Of a stretch of 64,000 bases of DNA, positions 24,585-36,188 are shown piece after piece (position 1 is the first letter of the stretch; the number at the start of each line of letters is the position of its first letter). Below the pieces are notes generated by a model. It did not search any database. It was not told where the DNA came from and worked only from the letters and a program-made list of their open reading frames with translations. The stretch is from positions 992,001 through 1,056,000 of the forward strand of contig JBLDXI010000032.1 of the NCBI GenBank assembly GCA_047495785.1, given 5' to 3'. The DNA is from Lepidodermella squamata (Eukaryota; Animalia; Gastrotricha). The translations under genes were made by a program, and so were the position numbers.

Positions 24585-27234
24585 TCAGTCTTTTTCATCG
24601 GGAGGATGCTGGCACTTGCTGCAGTCTTCCATCGATTGGGTATGCTGCTCGACCTGGAGCGTCAAATCACTGATGCCGTACTTTTTCTGGATAACTTTCC
24701 GGCATCGCTGGAGAACATCGTCGTAGGTTGTGTTCTCGCTAGCCTGGTCTTCAGAGAACCCGATATGAGCCGATGCGGCGACTTTCGAGACAGTCAGCGC
24801 CCAGATGCGAAGGTTATGCACCGATTTGACACCGCGAATACGCATCAGGTCGTCCTTCATCGTTTCGTAGTCGACATTTCGCGGCGCACCTGTGGGTGAA
24901 TCATTTAAGAAAATTAAGCCATGAATAATTGAATTATATAAGTTATAAATAATTAATACGCTGAAGTGCGTGGTTGACCCATAATAATTATATGCTCCCC
25001 GACTCGATATACTTGATAGCTGAAACTTTACAGTTCAGCAAATAATGGACGGAAATTACTTAGCACCGCCCCCGGCATCAAATGAATTAAAAGCAATACT
25101 TCCGGTGTTGCCAGAAATTGATTATCAGATTCGGGTGTGCTTGATGCCAGCGAGGGTTTTTGGGGTTGAACCGTATAATTAAAATCGAAACACACTTAAT
25201 CAGGGGCGTAACCAGGAATTTTTTTTGGTAGTTGTTATGGATCTCAGGCAGGGGCGTAACCAGCCTTTCACGGTTGGGGTGGCCTGGGTCATATTTTCAG
25301 GGTGCGCTCAAGGATCCAAGAGCTATCAGTGACGGAAAATAATTGTTTCCTTTCTTAAAATGAATTTAAATTTGAACCAAATGGATTTTTTTTATTTTTT
25401 GAAAATTTTAAAATTCTCATTTTTTTTCATTTTCAATTCATAAGTGACTTAATGATTATCATGAGAAACCTATGAATTGAAAATGAAAAAAAATGAGAAT
25501 TTTAAAATTTTCAAAAAATAAAAAAAATCCATTTATAATCTAAATTAGGGGGAAATATATCGATTTCCTGTATTGATTTCGGAAATCATTAATAATTTTG
25601 CGATAAAAATCCTAGCTATGGACATAATTTTCAATAATTTTCGAAGAAGGGAAAAGGTCGAAATATTTTTTGTGCTGAAAATGTGAATTGATCGAATTTC
25701 AATATTCACTGATATGATATGACAAATAATTAATTATATAGTACCTTCCATCAAAATGTGAAAAACATCTCGCATGATGAAGATTGTCGTCGATAAGACC
25801 ACGACTGAAAATATGAACGTGCAAATCGGATCCGCAATTTTGCAACTTGGTTCGAAGTAGATGATAAACGCCGCAATCATAACGCCAATACTCTGGCCCA
25901 AATCACCGATGATATGAATTAAGGCAGCTCGAACGTTCATATCAGCCCCGTGGTTGTGCTGATGGTGTGAATCGCCGCTTTCAACGTCAATATCTGTCGC
26001 AGAGTGCCTGTCGGGTGACGGGGTGACGGCGAAGGTGACCAGGCGGGCGACTGCGGGTGAACCGGTTCGGTTCGGGGTTGGCTTGTTCAAAGTTCCAGCT
26101 GGGGATCGGTGTTCGTGTAGGTCGGGTGAACCAATAGCGTTTACGACATCACTCAACCGTTTCAATCGATCAGATTCTTCGGCTGATATCGTGGAAGCGT
26201 GACTGTGACCATGCCCGTGACCGTGACCATGACCGTGACCGTGGCCGTGAGAATGACCGTGGCTTTCCTTTTTCCCGCCACCGTGACTATGACCATGTCC
26301 GCCCAGTCCATGGGAATGGCCATGACCTCTGCAAAATTTTTTAATAATTATTAGAATATTTTTGCGATTTAATTTTAAAATTCACGATTTAATTCATTTC
26401 TCTAAGCAATACTCACCCATGTTGAAGCTGAATGCCCATAATTAAATTGATCGCCACACCGAGACTTGATGTGATGAGCATCATTTTAGCCTCAATTTCG
26501 TAACTATTCGAAATAACACGTTGAACGGCGATGAAAACTAAAATCGCAGTGATCGCCCAGACCAGCATGACTGAAACCATCGCGCCTAAGACTTCAGCCC
26601 GATACCAGCCGAAGGTCAAGCGGCGCGTGGCCGGGCGTCGCGCCAGGGTGATTGCGGCGACGCTGATGCCGAACCCGACTAGGTCGGTGAGCAAATGAAG
26701 CGCATCGGTCATGATTGCTAGCGAATTCGACATCAGGCCGCCTACGATTTCCGCCATCATGAAAAATAGGCATAGAACCGAGGCTATGATCAGCTTTCGC
26801 CGGGATACCAAGGATGACTCAAAATCATCAATCACGTCATCATGACCTAGAAAAAATTCTAGAATTTTTTTCAAAAATAACAAAAAATATTTACAATGAG
26901 AAACGGCATTGTTCGGCTCGATGCATCCATTTCGGGCGGATGGTGGCTCGGTAACGGCTTCAATCGATAAATTCAAGCGATGATCGCTGTCTATCTGAGC
27001 CTGTTGTTGCAAGTCAGAATTCGATGAAGCGAGGCCATTTTCATCGTGAGGAGATGGGCTGATTTCGAATGCGACCGCATCATTTCGATTTTCGATAAGA
27101 TCTTGCTGTGATTCGCGGCCGTTATTTTCGATCGGATCTTCTGAGAGGTGATCGGACCCGGCAACAGGTGGTTCGTCGCCTGAAATCAGTCGCTTCTTAT
27201 CAACTTTTTGCCGATTGGCCTTGTTTCGACCCAT
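24585..27234 (-). CDS. SLC30A2: Cation diffusion facilitator zinc transporter, ZnT2/3/8 type (~552 aa); exons 27234-26895, 26846-26417, 26328-25745, 24889-24585
   Basis: SNSLAIMTDALHLLTD, TFGWYRAEVLGA, (HG)n loop, NVRAALIHIIGD, ADPICTF, VHNLRIWALT; symbol indicates subfamily only. Confidence 0.93.
25201..25263 (+). mobile_element. Two tandem DNA-transposon-like left ends CAGGGGCGTAACCAG in the ZnT intron
   Basis: The same 15-mer occurs at 25201 and ~25249; it resembles common invertebrate MITE termini; no matching right end seen. Confidence 0.5.
25379..25534. repeat. Perfect 64-bp AT-rich inverted repeat with 28-nt loop
   Basis: 25379-25442 is the exact reverse complement of 25471-25534. 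Confidence 0.9.
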
Positions 27235-27559
27235 AGAAAATGCAAGAAAAAGCTAGCAATTTTGTAAACAAATAAAGAATTGCTCGGGGTTGAAAAATTG
27301 CAAGAAGGCACGAGTCTGTCTTGTTGTCAATCTTGTAGCGTGACAAGTGCCATTTGGCGAACACGCGTGTCGCATTATAAAATGCTCATTCGAGAGTTCA
27401 TCTAAGCAGGCGTCCATTTTCAGACATATATTCATTAATTCGATCCTAAGCTGTTCCAATGAAATGCTGTGTAGAAAGAGCAAAACATTGCGCGCCACCA
27501 GACGCAAAAATGCTAGTAAAAGAAGAAAAAAATCCAGCTTAAATATTAGTACTTTTTAA

Positions 27560-27955
27560 GGTTCTATGACTAAAGAGCACGCGATCTAAGAGCAACGATT
27601 AAAGAGCAATGCATTAAGAGCAACCGATAAGAGAGCAACCGATTTAAGAGCAATTGGTCATAAGAGCAATTATTAATGAGGAATAAGTGGCACGCGACTT
27701 GATTTTTTTGCTTTTCCTAATCAAGTGAATCTCGACCGATTAAGATGCCTGAATTGCTGTTTAATCGGCTCCCGTATTCACTTGATCGCCTACAGAAAAA
27801 AATGAAGTCGCCTGCCACTTTTTTGCCCTGATTTATCATTAATAATTGCTCTTATGACCAATTGCTCTTCAATCGGTTGCTCTCTTATCGGTTGCTCTTA
27901 ATGCATTGCTCTTTAATCGTTGCTCTTAGATCGCGTGCTCTTTAGTCATAGAACC
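27560..27955. mobile_element. 396-bp foldback MITE with 120-bp TIRs and 8-bp TSD
   Basis: 27560-27679 vs 27836-27955 inverted with 1 mismatch; AGAGCA subrepeats at ~14-15 bp; CTTTTTAA flanks both sides (27552-27559, 27956-27963). Confidence 0.93.
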
Positions 27956-28643
27956 CTTTTTAATTAATTCACGAGTGTCAAATCGAAGTGGGGTTTAACG
28001 CATTAGATGGACTGTTTTTCAAAAGTATAAGGCAATTTTGTTCGAGGACTTCTTGCTCCCCTCATGTTCAACTTCCGAAGTTTCAGAAAATCCTTAAGAT
28101 AAAACTGCTGATCGTTTTATAGGCCTGATTTATCGGTAATGCAATCCTATTCTTATTTGTTACAATCTGGGCTTCTGCTTTCAAAATGAGTCTACTTTTA
28201 GCGGAACCAACTTTTGGGACAACTAAGTTATGAACGGAATTAAATGTTTGAACGGCAAAAAATGTTACGCGCATGTTTTACATTGAAATTCGGTTCCGCC
28301 AAAAGATAGTACGAAAAATCGATATAGAAATGAGGAAAAGTGAAATTTTTCAAGCGTTAATTGGTTGCTTGGAATTTTTGTGCGTATCAGCTTCGATTTT
28401 TGCGAATCAAGTTTCCCTGCATACCTGACGACAACTTGTCTTGATACATAATCTTTCATATGCTACTCAAATCCGAAAAAATATTGTAACATCAATTCAT
28501 CTGCATCATTGAAAAAAACGCCAGACTTCATTATTCAAATTCGATTTATTCATTCATTTATCGTCAACCATATGTTTCAGTGTATAGAATCGCTTGGGTC
28601 AAATAAAAAAGTTTTCCGACTCAGAAAATTAACAGAAATACTA

Positions 28644-31600
28644 TCAAGCCCGTCCGGTCGTTTTCCGACTTTGCCAGGTTTCATATTTACGCTGCGCTGC
28701 CTCCAGCATAGCATGCAAATGCGCAGTTATAACGGCTACTGATTGAAGCCCGGTCGCAGCCAGCCGCTGCTCGAAAGACTTCAATTTCCCAGATTTGAAA
28801 GTTGCTAGAGTCTCACGCATTCGAGTCACTTTCTGCTCGAGTTGCGGGCTAGTAACCGGAAAACATGTCCAAAAGTGGCGCAGAAGTTCGCCTAGAGATG
28901 CATAGAGGCCTCGATATTCGGCCTCGAGAGCCGAGCTGTAACTCCCGCCGCACACTGTGGCGAAGTTAACAGGCTGGTTCGCACCACTCAACCCATCCGC
29001 CGATGTCATTTCGTCGAAAATTTCCGAGACGTTATCGACTTCGAACGCTCGGTAAGGGCATGGCTGGTAGTCGGCGAGGTAGTCGCGAAAAGAGGCGACG
29101 ATTGAGCCGACATGGCCGGGTGACGCTACAGCTATCGGTGTTTCGCCAGTTGCAGTAAATGAGTAGGCTACAAAATAAAAAAATATAAAAAAATTTCAGA
29201 ATAAAATAATTTCTAGCGTTTTTTACAGTTTTCACTAAAACTTTTCTCGAAAGCTCGAAGCGCGAATTTTTCGGAGAAAAATTCTTAATCATCAAAGTAC
29301 CAAATAAAAACACTGACACACCGCGATCAGGGCAGTAATGTGGATGGAGCGCTAATGCGCGAATTTTGTGCCTCGCTTGGAATTCGGAAAAGACGCCCGA
29401 CTCCATACAATCCTAGAGGCAACTCAATATTCTTGAGAGAGCCCACAGAACGATTGCCGATATGCTGCACGCTGTTGAAACGGGTCGTTCGTGGAACCTG
29501 TGTCTCCCACAGGTAACAGCGCGGTGTTTTTTGTTAATTGGACCTATGCGCATTTATTTTTTCGTTTGATTTTTCTTGAATACTTTACCCACAGGGTTTA
29601 TCACGAATAGCCGAAAGTGATATTCGGTGACAGTAATGAACAATCGTTTGGTTTGCGGCGTATGCTTCACGGAGCCTGATGCCGCGTCCGCGTACACCTG
29701 CATTACATGCAGACGCCTTACTTGTGGCGGATGCCTTGAGCAGTGCCGGGAAGATGCTGGCCTCCAACAGGTTTGGTTTAATCAGCAATAATAAATTCAC
29801 AATCAGTGCCGATCCTTGTCTCTTCCTGGCAATTAGCTTTCGACGCCGATCTCATTACATGACCGACTGCCAAACAATCAGCAACGTGTCTCACAGGATG
29901 TCGCCTCTTCCATTTTAGACGCCATTTTAATGCCGCCTGGACTATATAAAGCCCAGCCGAAGCTTTTATGTTGCACCTCCACTCATATTCGCAATTATAC
30001 TCAGTTATGTCGTCACCAACAACGCCTAGCAGTGCGACCGTACGGCCTTCTACTCCGTCAACTGCTTCAACTACCTGGGCAGCAATCATGATGCCGTCAG
30101 AATCCTCGTTTTTGCCTCAAACCAGCCCGTTTTGCCAAACCCGTCGATCGCCGCGAGCAGTACGCCATCCGCCGCGAACGGTGCGTCGGTAACTAGCTCG
30201 TTCGGTTCGCCGCCTATCATCATCCTATCGTCGACCGGTTCAACGCCGGAACAACCGACCACCTTCGAAGTGATCGCTACTCCGGCCAGAGTACCAACTG
30301 AAAGCGCGAACATCCGCGTAATTTATTCATCTCAGAAGAAATAGCTATATACTCTTGCTTTCCGCGCTTGCATTTTCATGAAAACCACTAATGTGAAGTG
30401 TTGTGTAATTGACCACTTGTACAACCTCGTTTCATCTTTTCGTTCGTGTGAACAATTTGTGAAACTGCCGCCAGGCAGAGCACAAGATAACGCCATCCGT
30501 GCGCTTATGATGAAGGACTATTCATGCCCAGTCGACGATCTCTACTTCGTCAAATCGCTGATTTCAGAGCGTGATGTCGAAAAAGCAAGAGCTTTTCTAA
30601 ATTTTCGAGCTAAAATTGATGGTAAAGGTTTCTTTGAAGCGAGGCTGCGTCAGCTTTCTGACCGGGCTGAAGAGGAAGAACTATTCAGTCCTAGGTTACT
30701 CGCCATACAGTTTCATAAATGCGATTTGCTCTCATGCCAAATTTCCACTATTAATTCCAGTGAGCGAGATCTGAGCAAAACACTTGCCATCGAGTTTCAT
30801 CGGATCTCCAAGGTTCATGCAGCAGACATATCAGAAAGTTATGGATTTGGTGTGGATTTTCGGCAACACCCGGGGCTTTACATTACCATAATGTGCAACC
30901 CCCAACCACAAAAGAGATTCAATATGAGCTCCATTGACATAGTGACCGACGAAATTATGTTGTATTTTATCATCGTTGCACAGGCGTTGATCGCGCTAAT
31001 AATTATCGGCGTCTTTCTCTGTGTTTGAGCTATGGCGCTGCTGCAGCCGCCAAGTTACTAAAGACGGCTTTTTATCAATTTATGACTGTGATGTATGGCT
31101 GTGTTGTCACCGAATTTCGGCACGTCGACGATTTCTTGAAGAAACAGCAAAAAAACGGCTCGTAGGCGTTCTTGCCCTTAGTCTGATCGAACCATTTGCT
31201 ATTTTCGATCGCCGAAATAGATGCTATTCCTGGCTAATCAAGTGGTTCTAGCTCTCGAAACCCAGCTCAATCGTGATGCAGCTAAGCCCATGCTGAATCA
31301 GCTCAAGGTCGTAGCCCGTCATTGCGTTTTTCCCATAGATAAGTTAGCTAAGCTGGAAATTTTTAAAAGGTGGGTTAACAGTGACAGATGTGCGATTCGC
31401 TTTCAAAGAATGGCTAGTTTTGCTTCATTACGAAAAAAACAGCACAGTTCAAGATTCTGGCGCAACCGAATTCATGTGTAGAAGTCGAATTTCTGTTTCG
31501 AATACAGCAAAATTTCAGATACATCAACCCTACAACTAGTTGCTATCCATACAACACTAACTACGATCCGTAAAAGGAGCCGTCAAAACTGAAAGCTGAT

Positions 31601-33702
31601 GAAAAAAAGCAAGTGTCAGCCATGATGAAAACCCCGGGCTACACTGAGAAAGATACACATCACTAATTCAGCCCAAAGAGAGTGCAATTAGCGTTCGACC
31701 AGTGTGGCCCTTGCCCGGCTTTTTTACCGTGTTAGGTATGGCCTCGGCCGAAACCGTTGTTGAAGAAGAACCGACTGGCACGTCCGACTGTGACAACGAC
31801 GTTTCCCGGTCAGATGAGAACGGGGATGATTAATATAATTCAGAAATAACGACAATGTCGAAAAGCGAGGATTTTCATTTTTTTCCGCATAAAATTTAAC
31901 GCTATTCGATATCGACTTGTGGTAGGAAGCGCGGTATAATACGGTAATGAATTTCATTTTATTTGTTAAATTTAAATTTTATTTTTTCAGTTATTTTATT
32001 TTATAAAATATTATTATAGAATTATTGTGTATAAAACCAATTTACCTTCCGTATTTGCGATTTCCAACGCAGCGGCTCCGTCGCGAGTCGACGCAATGAT
32101 CGGCTCGCTGCCGATGATGAGATCGTTGATCATAACGCGCTCCGCCGCATCTTTCGGCAGCATTTGCTTCGACACCGACCCAGCGCCCGGCTCACCCTCG
32201 ACCTGGGCGCTGAGCACCCGCTCCGAGTGGTAGTTCATGCGCTGAACAATCAACCGATTGATATGCGCCGGCGTCAATTTCCCAGGCAATTTGTTTGGCA
32301 GCGACTTATTCGCCGCTAATTTATCCAGCTGATCGAGCGGTCTGTCGGTTTTGTCGGCCGCCATCGACGCTAGGGTGCTGTCCGAGTCGACGAAGCCTTG
32401 CACGTTGACGAAGGGATCCGTTTCCAACAGCGAGGCGATCGTTAGACTGTCCGCCATTGTTATCTGATCGCTGGCAAATAAATCTTTGCCAGTTTCGAGC
32501 CGATCTCGGTGGAAATAGTGGCTCTAAAATATAAATTTAATGGAGAAATATGTCAATTTCCCGCCAAATCTTGTTTTTTATGAGAATCCTAAATGATTAG
32601 AAACTTAGGTTCAACATTCCGTTGAGGCTGGCGAGATGATTCCTGATTGTATTGGAAATTGTTTACATTTTTGGCAAGTACGGAGAAATTTGGTCCAACC
32701 GGGAAAAATACCGAAAATTACCGAACCAGTTACCATCGGGGTTTTCCGGGTTTTCTCCAGTAAATTTTTGTTTCTTCGGTTAAATCGCGGATAAACGAGA
32801 GAATTTTGTCTCGGTAGGGTCACTTAAAAAATTTGTTGTTCGATTAAATCGTTTAATTAAAAAATAGTTGCGCAACTTCTAGGGCACGTTATAAAACTTG
32901 TAAAAATCCATTATGGTTACCTGGAAAAAATGAGCCCAGAAATCGCTTTCAGACATGGAATGCGGGACGTATTCAGCATGTTTTTGCTTAACGCTCGGGT
33001 ACGTTCTGAAAATAGCTTCGATCATGTCGCTGGTTAGGTTGTACCGAATTCCGCCGCTTTCTTCGTCAGATTGCGGCCGAAGGTTAGCTAGAAATCCAGC
33101 TTGAATACCAATTCGCTGGGAGTCATCAACAACGGCCGAATCTTTACTATTCGCTGCGTGTTGCGCGTCCTCGAGCTCCTTAGAATGAGATGCCCAGAAA
33201 TCTTCAGCTGTAACAATTCCGGATACAACAAGGTCTTTATACAGCTGGAATAGGGTCGGATTTGAAGCTAAAACGCGGTTTTTATTCTCAATTTCCGTCG
33301 TTATTTTTCGCTGAAATTTTTGAATAAGCGGCTGCAACATTCCAACGACCTGAAATTGAAAACTCCGCCTTAAAAAAATATTTTAATCAATATTTTCCTG
33401 CCCCAACTCACCTGACTGCGAGCTTCTAACTGAGATTCTCGGCCCTTGGAGCAAACGAATTGAAACACATGTGACGCATCATCCGCCGTCATAACAATTT
33501 GCATTTGAATTTTTTCCTTCGCATCGGGTGAAATTTTCTGCTGCTTCATGTCGGCGTATTTCAGCGATAACGTGATATTTTGCTTCGAAGTTGGCGCCCA
33601 CGCCAAGCGTTCAGTCAGCAAATACAACGTCCCGTCTTCCCTGTGATACCGCACGTGGCTAGTAGCCAATAAAACCTCTTCATTTTTACCAGAAGACGCC
33701 AT
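28644..33702 (-). CDS. GTF2H1: TFIIH subunit p62 (~573 aa); exons 33702-33412, 33349-32921, 32523-32046, 29167-28644
   Basis: PH-like N-terminus (DGTLYL...QQKISP...KIQMQI), two BSD domains (LYKDLVVSGIVTAEDFW; IFRTYPSVKQKH...ESDFWAHFFQSHYFHRDR), C-terminal ELLRHFWTCFP; exons sum in frame. Confidence 0.95.
29318..29527 (+). mobile_element. Gypsy-type integrase (rve) core fragment, frameshifted, in GTF2H1 intron 3
   Basis: DQGSNVDGALMREFCASLGIRKRRPTPYNPRGNSI / LERAHRTIADML covers the second D and the E of the DDE motif. Confidence 0.85.
29636..31830 (+). pseudogene. Decayed multi-ORF cassette antisense in GTF2H1 intron 3 (RING-like ORF, S/T/P-rich segment, 216-aa ORF with TM end, further fragments)
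   Basis: ATG 29636 MNNRLVCGVCFTEPDAASAYTCITCRRLTCGGCLEQC; ORF 30378-31028; multiple stops and frameshifts; more GC-rich than the host intron edges. Confidence 0.5.
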
Positions 33703-33801
33703 GATAAAAATCTACCGGGAATAAAATTGAAAATATGCCAATCGTTTTACTCATAAAAATAATTTAACAAAGAAAAATGAAAGAGTGATTCGTTTTTCTT
33801 A

Positions 33802-34654
33802 TTATGAGTAGCCATAAGGGTTAATATTCTGACGTAGAGCCTTAATCTTGAACCAAATCGCCAAGCACTGATTGCCGAGTCTTGAGTCAATTTCTCGAAC
33901 TTCACTCAACCAGAATTTATACTGTTTCTTGATGATTTTTTTAGCAGGGCGCCAAATTCCACGTTGAACCATGCCTAAACAGGTCGAAATTAAGTTTTTT
34001 GATAATTCAATCCACCTTAAACTCACTTTCTGCCACAAAAACCCAGCATCTAGAAGCGCAAATTGGGTCGTTAAGACGTTTAGCGACTTTCATTTGCTTG
34101 AAAGCCAATCGACCAGCTTCTAAAGCAGCTTCAGGACGATGCTGCCCCAGGTTCGAGTAGGCACCACCCAATGTACTCAACCATGCCATACACTCTTCAA
34201 GACTGACGCGTTTATTCAGATGATCGAGGACAAGATAGCAAAACGCCGAATCGATTGCATACGTAGCGTCCCAGTCGATTTTGAAGTCGATCAAATTCAA
34301 TTTAACAGTCGAATTTTTCGTAACTGGAAGATTCTTGATATTCGCCTTGCTTTCGAGAAATGCGAGGCAATTTCTGCGAAACGAAGGAGATCGTTGCAAA
34401 GTTTGGCATAGCAATGTCAGCAGGTACGGGTTGATCAAAATGCGGTAAAACGTGACAATAGCCGAGTCGTTGGAATCGTGAATTTCAACGCTTTCAATCA
34501 CCAGGTAATCGCTAAAAACTACAATTGGCCCGTCGAAACGTTGAACGTGACTTGAATCGTTCGACTGCAGATTCGGTTTGATATTAGCGACATTCTTCCG
34601 GTGCCGCTTACTCCGGTAGCGAATGATAGCGTTTTCAACATTAAACAGCTTCAT
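33802..34654 (-). CDS. DUF4807-family protein; exons 34654-34027 and 33974-33802
   Basis: MAWLSTLGGAYSNLG...AGRLAFKQMKVA...DPICASRC...QRG...AKKIIKKQY...DSRLGNQCLAIW; start codon uncertain. Confidence 0.8.
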
Positions 34655-34917
34655 TTTTCTTCGCAAAACATCTAGCAAAAATTCAAACCGTAGTACAATT
34701 TATTGTCTCAATTTTGCAATGAACTCGGGTCATATTGCGGAAGCGAAGATGATTAAAGCATCAAGAACGAATTAGTAGAAAGATCGGTTCGTTGCATGAA
34801 AAGCAAAACAATAGATGGAGTATTTTCATGTCATGGAATACATGTAATCATGTAAAAGTAACACATTAATTTGATCGTTTATCAGCAGTTTTTCACAACA
34901 AATTCGATAAAAATTCC

Positions 34918-35901
34918 CTATTTAGGAGCTAAATAGCGTTGCGCAATCGCAGAGAGATCATCTTTAAAATAAAAACCAAGGCCGAATAAAACAGCAAAAC
35001 CAAGCAGCAACAATATATAGTAAACATAGGAAGGGAAATCATTCCGCCGGGATGCTTTCAGCAATGAATGACATTCGGTCGGCTTCGGCAGACGCAGATG
35101 GTCGGAATAAGCAGTCCTCAATATAAAATTCAACTGGTCAACTTCGTTTTCTTGCAATCCAGCTTGGCCAGCGTGTATATCAGCGTATTTCGACAGGGCT
35201 TCTCTGACTCTCTCGCAATGCTCTCCTAGCATTGAGTCGATAAAGCATGCATATTCGCGATGATTATCTTTGCATAATTCCATTTTTTCCATAGCCTCAA
35301 TGACTGAATTAGTCTCCTTCCCGTGGACACAGTTGGCAAATCGCTCATGGAAAGCGTAACCCGAAGAAGTAAATCGCTTATGACTGCACGATCGAATGTC
35401 AAAATATTCATTCCGGAGCTCCTTATTCTCACATAGCTAAACACAAAGAATTAGAAAAAGGACAAGAACGAAACAACAGACTTACATTATATTCTAAAAT
35501 AACAAATGTCTGTTCATATCGCTTGGCCTCGTGCTCCTTCTTTTCATCGTCTATCAGCCTGATTGAATCAAATACATCATGCCATAACCAGCAATGTCGC
35601 CCGACGCGTTCCATGACACAGTTTTTGAAATTTATCAACTCTTCCTGTGCATTTCGGCAAATCTACGAACAGCAAGACTCAATTTTCGAAACAAGGTTGG
35701 CGAATAACCTACCTGGCGAGTAAAATAGTCATCAACTTTACCACGGTTTAGCGATATTTCACGATCAACGATTTCCCAAGTGGACAAGAAATATTCGTTG
35801 AATTTGCATTTTGTAAAAATGTCTCGGGCGCAGTTGGTTATATCAGCACTTCGTACGAGATGCAATGATGTTGTTAAAAGAACAATCAAGCAAAATCTCA
35901 T
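34918..35901 (-). CDS. Cys-rich type I membrane protein (signal peptide, DUF19-like helical ectodomain, C-terminal TM); 3 exons
   Basis: MRFCLIVLLTTSLHLVRSA signal; two ~50-nt phase-0 introns join the ORFs; regularly spaced Cys; TM YVYYILLLLGFAVLFGLGFYF. Confidence 0.75.
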
Positions 35902-36055
35902 CTTTGACAATGAAAGACCTAATCAAAAATCAAAAGTCAAAAGGAATTAAACTAATTGTTTCACTTGTAGCTGGTGCTGTATGTCGTAGAGATAATTTCA
36001 AAAATGTTATAATCCCACTTTCGATTCCGGGGTAATGTAAAAAATGCAACGGGTG

Positions 36056-36188
36056 GCTGAGCGACCGTCGCAAGAAACTGAGTGAGTGTAGCAGAAACAT
36101 GAGTGAACATCGCAATATCCAGTGTGTTGTAGCATAATCCCATGTAAAGTTTGCTACATTCACTCAACATTTGCGACGCTCACTCAGC
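36056..36188. other. Imperfect long hairpin with ~38-bp arms
   Basis: GCTGAGCGACCGTCGCAA..TGAGTGAGTGTAGCA pairs with TGCTACATTCACTCA..TTGCGACGCTCACTCAGC. Confidence 0.7.

Noticed and set aside
27489-27495. Single MRE-like TGCGCGC upstream of ZnT
   Set aside because: One 7-mer is expected by chance; no cluster
27570-27675. Regular AGAGCA repeats resembling a CRISPR-like array
   Set aside because: Units are ~15 bp and mirrored in the opposite TIR; they are MITE subrepeats
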